From Alphaproteobacteria bacterium (GTDB taxonomy: Bacteria > Pseudomonadota > Alphaproteobacteria > UBA2966 > CAIVPW01): DNA of 64,000 nucleotides. Shown here in pieces: positions 41,190 through 51,008 of the stretch (positions are counted from its first letter, which is position 1; each line of letters begins with the position of its first letter). Below the pieces are notes generated by a model. It was given only the letters and a program-made list of their open reading frames with translations. It was not told where the DNA came from and made no database searches. The position numbers and the translations under genes were made by a program. The DNA lies in contig CANKGV010000007.1 in NCBI GenBank assembly GCA_947481575.1, positions 11,504-75,503 of the forward strand, read 5' to 3'.

Positions 41190-42413
41190 CTATTGGCCGC
41201 GCGGCGCTGCGGCCATGTGCGGCAGGATCACCTGGCGCAATAGGTAGTCGGTCAGTTTGAGACCGCCGTCCCAGTTCAGGTGCCCGACATCCCAGTAGCG
41301 GGTTGGACCGATGACGTAGTCACGATCATCAGCTCCCAGGGTCGCCGGATCTTCCAGGTCAACCAACCGGAACCGGAGCCCCGTTGACGCAAGCTGTGCC
41401 AACGCGGTGTCGGCAATCTCCTGTTAGCGGCCCGGCAGGCGTTCAGCGTAGCGGACCGGACTTGCCATGGGCAGGCGCACCAGCACGACATCGGCACCGG
41501 CTTCGCTCAAGCGGCCGATGACCCCGCGCATGGCCTCGACCGCGTCGGCGCACAGGGCCGGGGTATTCACGAGAAGGCCGGGGACGACGGTACTGATTCC
41601 CCAGGCGCGGAGCCCATCCACATCGGCGACGATCGCCGCCGGGACGATGAGCGGATCATGGCGGCCCAGCACAACGCGCTGCACAAAGGAAGTCTCCACA
41701 ACCTTGATCAGGTGGGCGCGGAAGTTGGACAGCTGGACCGCACCTGCAAACCGCTCTCGTATGGTCTTCGTCGGTTGCTGACCGGCGACCTGGCCGAACG
41801 CGCGGGTCATGTGCTCGGCGATCGGGGCGCAAAAGCGCTGATCGAATTCGTAATTCCCGAACCCGTAGAGGACCAACATGCCGGGCTCGATCCGCAGGGC
41901 GGCATCGCTCAGGCGGTCGAGCAGGAAGTTGGCAACACCAGGATTGTTGTTGCCCATGGTGAAGTCGATCAGCCGAACCTGGTTGTTGGTGGCGTCGAAG
42001 AACCGTTGGCGGTTCATCCCCATGAAGAACATCGAACTGCCGAGCATGACGACTTGGGGCGAGCGCTCTTGCCACAGATTCAGGCGCAGCCCCGGGGCCT
42101 CGCGCAACAGCACGCGCCGGGACCCCGTGTCGATGCGGGGCAGGGTGAACTCCGCTTCCTCGCTGTACGACAGCAGGTACCGGCCTGTTGCAAGGACAGG
42201 GGCATAGGGGCCGTAGGCGTGGCTCAAGATGGCTTGGCCCTCGGGGGTCGCCGGGGCCACCAGGCCGTAGCGGTCGGTCTCGTATTCGATGACCGATAGC
42301 TTGGCCGGACCCAAGGGTATCTGCCACTGCAAGAGACGCTCGGCGGTCAGCAGCGATCCGACCGCCAGCCCGCTGAGCAGCACGAATAGGAGAATGAACA
42401 GCCGCGGTCCCAT
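41190..42413 (-). pseudogene. Membrane-anchored SGNH/AlgJ-DltD-like acyl-transfer partner interrupted by an in-frame TAA
   Basis: ORFs 41424..42434 and 41190..41402 are in the same frame, separated only by TAA at 41424-41426. GSS motif (VVMLGSS) lies before the stop and DxxH (DVGHLNWDG) after it. Confidence 0.7.
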
Positions 42414-42421
42414 GGCCCAGT

Positions 42422-43885
42422 CTAAAACTGCCAATACAGGAACGAACTAGGCCGTCCCATGAAGACGTAGGAGGCCACGAACAAAGCACAGCATGCAGCC
42501 AGCCTGCCCCATCCGTGGGCCCGCCGGGCCGCTAGGTCCATGGAATTGGGGAACCCGAATGCGATGACCGCGCTGATTGCGAGCGTAAGAACCGCTTCGC
42601 CGGACAACAGGTTGTCGAACGGCGTCAGCCACTTGCCGAACCCAAATGGCCCCGCCAAACCATGCAGCATTGGCTCCAGGCGCGCCGGCAAGACGATCCC
42701 GTTCACGCCGGATAGTGCCGCGACGATGGCCTTCACGCCGTCCCAACTCGTCGCGCGAAACGGGATCCAGGTCAGGCTAACGAAGGTGAAGGTGAGCGCC
42801 CATCCGGCCCAGCGCGGCATACGGTACTCGGTCGCGGTCCACAGGCGGTGCACCACCATTGCCGCACCGTGGAGCGAGCCCCACAAGACAAACAGCCACG
42901 ATGCTCCGTGCCACAACCCGCCTACCAGGAAGGTGACGAACAGATTCAGGAGCGTTGCCGGCAAGGCCCCGCGACTGCCACCGAGCGGGATAAACACATA
43001 GTCGCGCAAGAACCGCCCCAGCGTGATGTGCCAGCGCCGCCAGAACTCTTGGATCGATACCGCGCGGTACGGTGACCGGAAGTTGGCGGGAAGTTCGATG
43101 TTGAACATCAGCGCCGACCCCAGCGCCATGTCGATGTAGCCAGAGAAATCGAAGTACAGCTGGAAGGTGTACGCCAGGGTGGTAACCCAGGCGCTGAAGA
43201 AGGTGAGGTCTCCGTACGAGTGGTGCCCGAGATCGGCAAACACAGCGAGCGAGTCCGCCAACAGCACCTTCTTGAAGAGCCCAACGCTGATCAGGAATAG
43301 GCCGCGAGCAATGTTTTCGAAATTCGGCCCGGTGTGCCGTACAGCGGCGAACTGGGGCATCACCTCGGCGTGGTGGACAATCGGCCCCGCGATCAGCTGC
43401 GGGAAAAACGTCACGAACAGTCCGTAGTCCAGCAGATTCGCTGACGCGACCTTGCGCTTGTAGCAGTCCACCAGGAACGCGATTTTTTGGAACGTAAAGA
43501 AGCTGATTCCCAGCGGCAGGGCCAAGTGCAGGGCCGGAAACTCGCGTCCCAATGCCGTGCCGATGTTGGCCAGAAAAAAGTCTGCGTACTTGAAGTAGCC
43601 GAGTAGCCCGACATTGAACGCCAGTCCGCCGAACAACACGGCGCGGCGGCGGGCTTCGCTGCCGGTGTGGCGGCTTGCCACGAGCCAGCGCGCGGCAGCG
43701 AAGTTCACGGTCACCGAAAACAGCAGAATCGGAATGAACCGGAGCGACCAATAGCCGTAGAAGAACAGCGACGCCACGACCAGCGCCACGGCGGCGATCC
43801 GCGGATTCCAACCCGCCAGGGCCCAGTACAGGCAGACAACGAGAGGGAGAAAGAGCAGCAGATACTCAAAACTATTGAACAGCAC
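42422..43885 (-). CDS. MBOAT family O-acyltransferase (AlgI/DltB-like)
   Basis: LPLGISFFTFQ, FFPQLIAGPI, QLYFDFSGY, FWRRWHITL, GLWHGA. Confidence 0.93.
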   Translation of the reverse strand: MLFNSFEYLLLFLPLVVCLYWALAGWNPRIAAVALVVASLFFYGYWSLRFIPILLFSVTVNFAAARWLVASRHTGSEARRRAVLFGGLAFNVGLLGYFKYADFFLANIGTALGREFPALHLALPLGISFFTFQKIAFLVDCYKRKVASANLLDYGLFVTFFPQLIAGPIVHHAEVMPQFAAVRHTGPNFENIARGLFLISVGLFKKVLLADSLAVFADLGHHSYGDLTFFSAWVTTLAYTFQLYFDFSGYIDMALGSALMFNIELPANFRSPYRAVSIQEFWRRWHITLGRFLRDYVFIPLGGSRGALPATLLNLFVTFLVGGLWHGASWLFVLWGSLHGAAMVVHRLWTATEYRMPRWAGWALTFTFVSLTWIPFRATSWDGVKAIVAALSGVNGIVLPARLEPMLHGLAGPFGFGKWLTPFDNLLSGEAVLTLAISAVIAFGFPNSMDLAARRAHGWGRLAACCALFVASYVFMGRPSSFLYWQF

Positions 43886-44096
43886 TGCGGTCTCCGTCGT
43901 CAGCTGGGCGCGCATCGCAAATGTGCGCCCCGCGGCCAAGCCGCATAGTCAGCCAACCTCAGGTTTGATAGGTGCTGAATCCCCACCCGTCAACGTTGCG
44001 GGTAGTCCGGGTGCGGGGTCAAAGCGCCAAGTCGCCATTTGACCCGTGCCCAGGGGCACCCCAAGTTACGCCATCGTCCGATGAGAGCAGGAGTCC

Positions 44097-44762
44097 ATGC
44101 GTATTCGAGTCTTTTCCGACACGGTTTGTCCGTGGTGCTACATCGGCAAGCGCCGTCTTGCGGCGGCGCTAAAGCAGCGCCCGGACGTGGCGTTTGAGTT
44201 GGTTTGGCACCCGTTCCAGCTCAACCCGGAAATGTCGCCCGGCGGCACCGACCGGATCGCCTACCTCGCCGCCAAGTTCGGCAGCCGCGCCAAGGTCGAA
44301 CAGTCCGACAAGCAATTGCGCGAGCTCGGGGCCGGCGTGGGCATCGACTTCACCGGCCGCGACAACCGCATTCCTAACACCCTGGATTCGCACCGCTTGG
44401 TCATGTGGGCCCAGGAGCTCGGTAAGCAGGAACTGATGGCGGATATCCTCTACCGCCGTTACTTCACCGAAGGCCAAGACCTGGGCAACCACCTCGTGTT
44501 GACCCAGGCCGCCGGCGAAGCAGGCCTGGATGCCGCCGAGGTCTCCGACCGCCTCGCCACCGACGCCGACCTGGATGAGGTCCGCGAACTCGACGCCCAA
44601 GCCCGCCAAGCCGGCGTCAGCGGTGTCCCCACGTTCTTGTTCGACGACCGCTATGCGGTCGTCGGCGCCCACGAGCCCGAAGTACTGCTGGAAGTGGTCG
44701 ATGCGGTGCTGGCCGAGGAAAAGGCAGCAAAGAAGCCCGCCGCCAAGGCGCGTGGCGCATGA
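44097..44762 (+). CDS. DsbA-family (FrnE-like) dithiol oxidoreductase
   Basis: FSDTVCPWCYIGKRRL, PFQLNP, GVSGVPTF; AGGAG SD. Confidence 0.9.
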   Translation: MRIRVFSDTVCPWCYIGKRRLAAALKQRPDVAFELVWHPFQLNPEMSPGGTDRIAYLAAKFGSRAKVEQSDKQLRELGAGVGIDFTGRDNRIPNTLDSHRLVMWAQELGKQELMADILYRRYFTEGQDLGNHLVLTQAAGEAGLDAAEVSDRLATDADLDEVRELDAQARQAGVSGVPTFLFDDRYAVVGAHEPEVLLEVVDAVLAEEKAAKKPAAKARGA

Positions 44763-45110
44763 GCTTGGGCGTGAAGCCCGACGATAAGCGCGCAGCCAAG
44801 GCCGCGTACAAGGAACGCAAAGCCACGCCCGGCATTTACGCCGTCCGCTGCACGCCCACCGGACAGGTCTGAGTCGGCGCCACCCCCGAACTCACCGCCG
44901 TGCCGAACCCCATGTGGCTCACCCTGCGCCTCGGCAATCACCCCGATGGCCGGGCTGACCGCGGCATGGAAGGCGCACGGCGCCGAAGGCTGCGTGTTTA
45001 AGGAGCTGGAACGCATCGAACCCGAAGACGACCCCTACCTGCGGCACGCCGCCCTGAAGGCGCGGCTGGCGCACTGGCAAGGGAAACTCGCGGCGACTGC
45101 CCTCCCCTAG
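44759..45110 (+). pseudogene. Small GIY-YIG nuclease-family pseudogene (nonsense codon plus frameshift)
   Basis: Manual translation: ...KAAYKERKATPGIYAVRCTPTGQV*VGATPEL...LRLGNHP, then +1 frame AGLTAAWKAHG..FKELE...HW..TAG. TGA at 44870-44872 occupies a probable Trp position. Confidence 0.75.
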
Positions 45111-45213
45111 AAGGCACCCTGTTTCGTGCGCCCCCACCGGGGCGCCGGACCGAGGCGCGTTCAACGCGCCACCCTTCGCTGCAGCTAGCGGTTCGGCTAG
45201 ACTCCGGCCCCTC

Positions 45214-45612
45214 ATGCCGACCCCGCGCCCCCTATCGCCGCACCTGCAGGTCTACCGTTGGCAGTGGACGATGGTGCTATCCATCCTCCACCGGGTCACC
45301 GGCATCTCGCTCGGCCTCGGCACGGTGCTGCTGGCGTGGTGGCTACTCGCTGCGGCGACCGGCCCGGGCGCGTTTGCCGTGGCCCGCGCGTTCATCGGAT
45401 CCATCCCCGGGCGCTTGGTGCTGCTTAGTTTTACTTTCGCGCTGTTCTTCCACCTTGCCAACGGCGTGCGGCACCTGTTCTGGGACTTCGGGATGGGCCT
45501 GGAGCGGCACACGGCGCGGCGGTCGGGCTGGATCGCGTTTCTCGCCGCGATCGTACTAACGGTCGTCGCCTGGGAATTGGGCTACCTGATGCGCGACGGG
45601 GCGGCCTTATGA
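45214..45612 (+). CDS. sdhC: Succinate dehydrogenase cytochrome b556 subunit
   Basis: RPLSPHLQVY, SILHRVTG, HLANGVRHLFWD. Confidence 0.95.
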   Translation: MPTPRPLSPHLQVYRWQWTMVLSILHRVTGISLGLGTVLLAWWLLAAATGPGAFAVARAFIGSIPGRLVLLSFTFALFFHLANGVRHLFWDFGMGLERHTARRSGWIAFLAAIVLTVVAWELGYLMRDGAAL

Positions 45613-45986
45613 GGTTCCGTTCGCCGCTGCGCACCGCTCGTGGCCTGGGGTCTGCCCGGCACGGAGTAAACGCCTGGTGGGGCCAGCGTGCCTCGGCGCT
45701 CGCACTGGTGCCGCTCAGCATTTGGCTCACGGCTTCGCTGATCTCGCTCGCCGGCGCAACCCATGCGCACTTCAGCGCCTGGGTCGGCACACCGGTCAAC
45801 GCAGTGGCGATGCTGCTGCTGCTTGGGGTTGCGTTCTATCACTTGAAAGGCGGGCTGGACGTGGTGATCGAGGACTATGTCCATACCGAGTGGCGCAAGC
45901 GGATGACTCGCACCGCGTCGACCTTTGCCGTGGTTGCTGCCGCCGCGGCGTCTGGGTTCGCGGTGCTCAAACTCGCGCTGACATAG
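45609..45986 (+). CDS. sdhD: Succinate dehydrogenase hydrophobic anchor
   Basis: RGLGSARHG..WWGQR, H..GLDVVIEDYVH. Confidence 0.95.
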   Translation: MRFRSPLRTARGLGSARHGVNAWWGQRASALALVPLSIWLTASLISLAGATHAHFSAWVGTPVNAVAMLLLLGVAFYHLKGGLDVVIEDYVHTEWRKRMTRTASTFAVVAAAAASGFAVLKLALT

Positions 45987-45989
45987 CCC

Positions 45990-47774
45990 GTGCCGGCGTA
46001 CCCGATCAACGACCACTACTACGACGCAGTCGTAGTGGGCGCCGGTGGCGCTGGCCTGCGCGCGGCCTATGGCCTGGCCCAAGCCGGCTTGCGCACGGCC
46101 TCCATCACCAAGGTATTTCCCACCCGCAGCCACACCGTCGCGGCCCAAGGCGGCATCTCTGCCGCACTCGGCAACATGGGCGAAGACGACTGGCGCTGGC
46201 ACATGTACGACACGGTCAAGGGCTCCGACTGGCTCGGCGACCAGGACGCGATCGAATACATGTGCCGCGAAGGCCCCCAGGCGGTGATCGAACTCGAACA
46301 CTTCGGAGTACCGTTCTCGCGTACCGCGGATGGCCGCATCTACCAGCGCGCGTTCGGCGGCATGACCACGCACTATGGCAAAGGCCAGGCCGAGCGTACG
46401 TGCGCCGCGGCCGACCGTACGGGTCACGCCATTCTTCACGCGCTGTACCAGCAGAGCCTGAAACACGACGCCAAGTTCTTCATCGAGTACTTCGCACTCG
46501 ACCTGATCGTGGACCGGGAAGGCGTCACGCGGGGCGTCATGGCGTGGAACCTCGAAGACGGGTCGATCCACCGTTTCCACGCGCATCTCGTCGTGCTGGC
46601 GACCGGCGGCTATGGCCGCGCCTATGGCCTCACCACCGCCGCCCACACGTGTACGGGCGACGGCGGCGGTATGGTGTTGCGCGCCGGCCTGCCCGTTCAG
46701 GATGCAGAGTTTGTTCAGTTCCACCCAACCGGGCTGTACGGCTCCGGCGTGCTGGTGTCGGAAGCCGCGCGCGGCGAAGGCGGTTATCTGATCAATTCGG
46801 CGGGCGAGCGCTTCATGGAGCGCTACGCGCCCCAGGCACGCGACCTCGCGTCCCGCGACGTAGTGAGCCGCGCAATCACTACCGAAGTGCGCGAGGGCCG
46901 GGGCGTCGGCCCCAAGCGCGACCACATCCACCTGCAAGTGAGCCACCTGGGCAAGGACGTGCTGAACCAACGTGTGCCTGGCGTGGTCGACAACGCCCGC
47001 GTGTTCGCCGGGGTGGACGCGACCCGCGATCCCATCCCGGTGCTGCCCACGTGCCACTACAACATGGGCGGCATTCCCACCAACATTCACGGCGAAGTCG
47101 TGGTGCCCGGCGGGGGCGGGCAGGAATCGGTGGTTCCCGGCCTGATGGCGGTCGGCGAAGGCGCCTGCGTCTCGGTGCACGGCGCCAACCGGCTAGGGTC
47201 GAATTCGCTATTGGACCTGATCGTATTCGGCCGCGCCGCAGCTAAACGCGCAGCGGAGATCATCCGGCCCGGCGCCCCGCACCCCGACCTAGGCCGTAGC
47301 GCCGGCGACGAATCCCTAGCGCGCCTCGACCGCTTCCGCCAAGCAAAGGGCGGCACGCCCACGGCGGCGATCCGGCACCGCATGCAGGACGCGATGCAGA
47401 CCTATTGCGGGGTGTTCCGCGACACCGCCACCCTGGAACGGGGCAAGGCCGAAATCGCCAAGGTGTGGCAGCTGATGGACGACATCCGGGTCAGCGACCG
47501 CTCACTAATTTGGAACACCGATCTCGTCGAGACACTCGAACTCGGCAACCTGTTGCCGCTCGCCGCCGCTACCATCCATGCGGCGGCGGCCCGCACCGAA
47601 AGCCGCGGCGCCCACGCACGCGAGGACTTCAAGGACCGCGACGACACCAACTGGATGAAGCACTCCCTGGCGTGGGTCGATCCGGCAGGCGCGGTGCGCA
47701 TGGACTATCGGCCGGTGCACATGACGACGACCGGCGAGGTCGACGTGATCCAACCGAAGCAACGAGTCTATTGA
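45990..47774 (+). CDS. sdhA: Succinate dehydrogenase flavoprotein
   Basis: [39 protein letters not shown]. Confidence 0.96.
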   Translation: MPAYPINDHYYDAVVVGAGGAGLRAAYGLAQAGLRTASITKVFPTRSHTVAAQGGISAALGNMGEDDWRWHMYDTVKGSDWLGDQDAIEYMCREGPQAVIELEHFGVPFSRTADGRIYQRAFGGMTTHYGKGQAERTCAAADRTGHAILHALYQQSLKHDAKFFIEYFALDLIVDREGVTRGVMAWNLEDGSIHRFHAHLVVLATGGYGRAYGLTTAAHTCTGDGGGMVLRAGLPVQDAEFVQFHPTGLYGSGVLVSEAARGEGGYLINSAGERFMERYAPQARDLASRDVVSRAITTEVREGRGVGPKRDHIHLQVSHLGKDVLNQRVPGVVDNARVFAGVDATRDPIPVLPTCHYNMGGIPTNIHGEVVVPGGGGQESVVPGLMAVGEGACVSVHGANRLGSNSLLDLIVFGRAAAKRAAEIIRPGAPHPDLGRSAGDESLARLDRFRQAKGGTPTAAIRHRMQDAMQTYCGVFRDTATLERGKAEIAKVWQLMDDIRVSDRSLIWNTDLVETLELGNLLPLAAATIHAAAARTESRGAHAREDFKDRDDTNWMKHSLAWVDPAGAVRMDYRPVHMTTTGEVDVIQPKQRVY

Positions 47775-48550
47775 TGGTTCAGTTTACGCTGCCCAAGAAC
47801 TCCAAGATCGGCGCGGGCAAGACCGTGCCCGCGCCGCCCGGAGCGAAAGCGGTGCGCACGTTCCGCATTTACCGCTGGAACCCGGACGAAGGCGGCAACC
47901 CCACGCTCGATGCGTTCGAAGTCGACACCACCGACTGTCCGATGGTCTTGGACGCGCTAATCAAGATCAAGAACGAGACCGACGCGACCCTCACCTTCCG
48001 CCGGTCGTGCCGGGAAGGCATGTGTGGCTCGTGCGCCATGAACGTCGACGGCACCAATACGCTGGCGTGCATCAAGCCGATCGCCGACGTAAGTGGCGAG
48101 ATCCGGGTCTACCCCCTGCCCCATCTGCCGGTGATCAAGGACCTGGTGCCGGACCTCACGACGTTCTTCGCCCAGTACGCATCGATCCAGCCGTGGCTGC
48201 AGTCGGAAACCGCCGCGCCCATGCGGGAACGCCTGCAAAGCCCCGAAGACCGCGCGGCTTTGGACGGGAGTTGGGAGTGCATCCTATGCGCGTGCTGCTC
48301 GACCAGTTGCCCGAGCTATTGGTGGAACGGCGACCGGTTCCTCGGGCCCGCCACCTTGCTGCAGGCGCACCGCTGGCTTACCGACAGCCGCGATGAGCAT
48401 ACCGGCGACCGCCTGGACTACCTGGAAGACCCCCACCGGCTGTACCGGTGCCATACGATCATGAATTGCGTCGCGGCGTGCCCCAAGGGTCTGAACCCCG
48501 CAAAGGCTATCGCCGAGATCAAGAAGATGCTGCTAGAAAGGCAGTCCTGA
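47774..48550 (+). CDS. sdhB: Succinate dehydrogenase iron-sulfur subunit
   Basis: [11 protein letters not shown] start at 47774; [34 protein letters not shown]. Confidence 0.96.
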   Translation: MVQFTLPKNSKIGAGKTVPAPPGAKAVRTFRIYRWNPDEGGNPTLDAFEVDTTDCPMVLDALIKIKNETDATLTFRRSCREGMCGSCAMNVDGTNTLACIKPIADVSGEIRVYPLPHLPVIKDLVPDLTTFFAQYASIQPWLQSETAAPMRERLQSPEDRAALDGSWECILCACCSTSCPSYWWNGDRFLGPATLLQAHRWLTDSRDEHTGDRLDYLEDPHRLYRCHTIMNCVAACPKGLNPAKAIAEIKKMLLERQS

Positions 48551-48577
48551 TTTCACGTTGCTTGGGAGTCGACCGTT

Positions 48578-48676
48578 ATGAACATGCACACTTTCATGCT
48601 CATCGTGCTGCCGATCGTTGCGGTGGTCGCGATTCTGTACCTGAACGGCATCTACCGCGGCCTGAGCAAGAACTAG
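48578..48676 (+). CDS. 32-aa single-TM small membrane protein MNMHTFMLIVLPIVAVVAILYLNGIYRGLSKN (not in ORF track)
   Basis: GGGAG SD 9 nt before ATG; 27 nt after the sdhB stop; hydrophobic core with basic C-terminal flank; CTAG stop overlap with the convergent gene. Confidence 0.65.
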   Translation: MNMHTFMLIVLPIVAVVAILYLNGIYRGLSKN

Positions 48677-49074
48677 AACGCTTCGGTCCGGCACCCCATC
48701 AAGCGGTGAAGGGGCTCAGGGGCGATCACTGCGCCCTTGAGCTTCGCGCCGGACACTTCAGCTCCAGCCAGGTCCGCGCCGCGCAAATCGGCGAAGCGTA
48801 GGTCGGCACCGGTCAGGTCCGTATCGCGGACCTTGGCCGCCCGCAGATTCGCGCCCTTTAGCGCCGCCTCGTCCAGTTTGGCTTCCGACAGGTCGGCCTC
48901 GCGCAAGTCGGCGTCGGTGAGATTTGCCTTGGACAGCACGGCCCGCTTCAGGTTCGCGCCGTGAAGCTTGGCGCCCGCTAAGTCCTTACCCGCCAAGCGC
49001 ATTTGTTCCCCGCCGTCATCGGCAAGCCAGCGGGCGTGGTCGCGAACGGCACGATCAACTTCGCTCTGGTCCAT
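48673..49074 (-). CDS. Pentapeptide-repeat protein
   Basis: H.RWL..GGE N-terminus followed by tandem A(D/N/K)Lxx repeats. Confidence 0.9.
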   Translation of the reverse strand: MDQSEVDRAVRDHARWLADDGGEQMRLAGKDLAGAKLHGANLKRAVLSKANLTDADLREADLSEAKLDEAALKGANLRAAKVRDTDLTGADLRFADLRGADLAGAEVSGAKLKGAVIAPEPLHRLMGCRTEAF

Positions 49075-49083
49075 TGCCACAGG

Positions 49084-49935
49084 CTACCACCGGAACGTCG
49101 GGATGGCAGCGGTCGGGGTGATCCCGGTACGGGCGTAGGCCGCAGTGGGATTCCCTTTGATTTCAGAGACATGGATGCCATCCATGACGAACACCGAGTC
49201 GATTCCGGCCCCAACGGCACCCCGGATGTCGGTGGACAACGAGTCCCCGACCGCGAGGATCCGGCTGGGAAGCACCCCCTCTAATAACCGGAAGCATGCG
49301 GCGTAGGCCCCGGCGTGGGGTTTGCCGTGAAAGCAGACATTGCCGCCGATCGCCTGGTACGCCACGGCAATGGCACCAGCGCACGGAATGGAACGATTGC
49401 CGCGCATGACCGAGATATCCGGGTTGGCGCAAATCATCGGAATCGCGCGCTGCCGTGCCGTCTGCAAGAACGGAGCGTAGGTTTCCGCGGTTTCCGTGTC
49501 GTCGTCGAACAACCCCGTATTCAAGATGAAATCGCTACCCGCAACTTCCTGTACGCGCTCGTAGTCGAGACCGTCCAACAGCCCCCAATCGCGCGCCGGC
49601 CCGAGGTGGTAGAAGCGCCGCCCGAGTGCCGCATGCCACGGGTCCACCCGCTGGGCCAGGGCGGCCCGGGTTAGCTCGCCGGAGGTCACCACGTCGTCGT
49701 AGCTGGCGGGCGGGATGCCGAACCCGGCGATCTGGGTGCGAGTCGAGGATGCCGACCGCGGCGCATTCGACAGCAGCACCAAGCGCCAGCCCGCGGCGCG
49801 CAGGCGGGCCAGACAGTCTAGGGCGCCAGGCGTGGGTTTGACGCCGTCGTGGAGCACGCCCCAGACATCGAGCAGCGCAGCGTCATAGCGGCCGGCTAGG
49901 CCTGCCAGCCCGGTCAAAACGGCGGGTTCGGTCAT
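49084..49935 (-). CDS. HAD-IIA hydrolase (TIGR01459-like)
   Basis: LLDVWGVLHDG, LSNAPR, ICANPD, HGKPH, VGDSLSTDIRGA. Confidence 0.9.
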   Translation of the reverse strand: MTEPAVLTGLAGLAGRYDAALLDVWGVLHDGVKPTPGALDCLARLRAAGWRLVLLSNAPRSASSTRTQIAGFGIPPASYDDVVTSGELTRAALAQRVDPWHAALGRRFYHLGPARDWGLLDGLDYERVQEVAGSDFILNTGLFDDDTETAETYAPFLQTARQRAIPMICANPDISVMRGNRSIPCAGAIAVAYQAIGGNVCFHGKPHAGAYAACFRLLEGVLPSRILAVGDSLSTDIRGAVGAGIDSVFVMDGIHVSEIKGNPTAAYARTGITPTAAIPTFRW

Positions 49936-51005
49936 ACGGTGCCTTGGATCGGGCGCGGCTCGCCGAACAGGTGGCCCTGGGCGAGATCGATGTCCATCTC
50001 CAGCAGCGCGAGAACTTGGCTTTCTTCCTCGACCTTTTCGACGATCAGCTTCACTCCGGCGCGTTTCAGGATCTCGCCCAGGTCCGCCATGTGGATGGTC
50101 ATGCGGGACTGCACATCGGCGGACAGCAACTGGGCCGCCTCGATCTTCACGTAGCGGAAGCCGCGGCGAGCGATGTCGTCGAAATCGACGGTAACGAGAT
50201 CGACCTTATCGAGCGAGAACGCGAAGCCCAGGCGGCGCAGCTTGGCTAGGATCGGCACGAGTTCGACCTGACCGGCCTCGGCCTGCGATACCTCGAACAT
50301 CAGCATCTCGGGCAGCTCCGGGTTCTTTTCCAAAAACTCCACGAACTGGTCGAAGAACTCCGGGTCGGCGAGCGATGCGCCGGACAGGTTGCAGAAGAAC
50401 CCGGTTTCCAGCTTGGAGCGGCGCGACTTGCGAATCAGCTGGATGCAGCGGAACAGCAGCAGGTTGTCGATGGTGGTAAGCAGGCCGGCGCTGGCGGCGA
50501 TGTCGACGTACTGCTCGGGCAGGATCACGCTGCCTTCTTCCGTCCGGATGCGGCTGAAGGCTTCGTAGTAGCGGGTGCGGCGCTGCGGCAGCGTAACAAT
50601 CGGCTGGAGGTAGAGGTCGACGCGGTTGTGTTCGAGACCTAGGCGGGTCACGCCGAGGATTTCCTCGTCCGATAGGTCGCCTGCCAGCGCGGCGGCAGGC
50701 GCGCGGGAAATGCCGTCTTCCGCCACCGCTTCGCGTGCCACTGAGGCGCGGTCGGTGAGCTTTTTGAGCAGGCCGCGGATAACCCGCATCTCGCCAACAA
50801 CGTCCGGCGTTTCACCTTCGCCGGTGATGCCGAGCGCGCCCTGAATTTCGGTGATCTGCGCTTTCTGGCCGGATTGCGCCTTGCGCAACTTGGCGACTTC
50901 CGACGCGTCGGCCCGGCGGTCACGGCGGCGAGCAAGAAGCTCCCAGCCGACGACGCCGAGGAGCACGACCACGGCGGCCGACAGAACGGCCTCGACGATG
51001 GTCAT
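49932..51005 (-). CDS. Membrane-anchored degenerate EAL-domain protein (TipF-like c-di-GMP receptor)
   Basis: N-terminal TM and coiled coil; LYLQPIVTLPQRR..YEAFSR; no DDFG motif; AQGHLFGEPRP. Confidence 0.8.
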   Translation of the reverse strand: MTIVEAVLSAAVVVLLGVVGWELLARRRDRRADASEVAKLRKAQSGQKAQITEIQGALGITGEGETPDVVGEMRVIRGLLKKLTDRASVAREAVAEDGISRAPAAALAGDLSDEEILGVTRLGLEHNRVDLYLQPIVTLPQRRTRYYEAFSRIRTEEGSVILPEQYVDIAASAGLLTTIDNLLLFRCIQLIRKSRRSKLETGFFCNLSGASLADPEFFDQFVEFLEKNPELPEMLMFEVSQAEAGQVELVPILAKLRRLGFAFSLDKVDLVTVDFDDIARRGFRYVKIEAAQLLSADVQSRMTIHMADLGEILKRAGVKLIVEKVEEESQVLALLEMDIDLAQGHLFGEPRPIQGTV

Positions 51006-51008
51006 GCC

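Noticed and set aside
44870-44872. In-frame TGA at a Trp position as evidence for UGA recoding or selenocysteine
   Set aside because: The same gene also has a frameshift, TGA terminates many intact genes here, and TGG is used for Trp throughout.
48700-49000. 15-nt periodic repeats
   Set aside because: Coding pentapeptide repeats, not a DNA repeat element.
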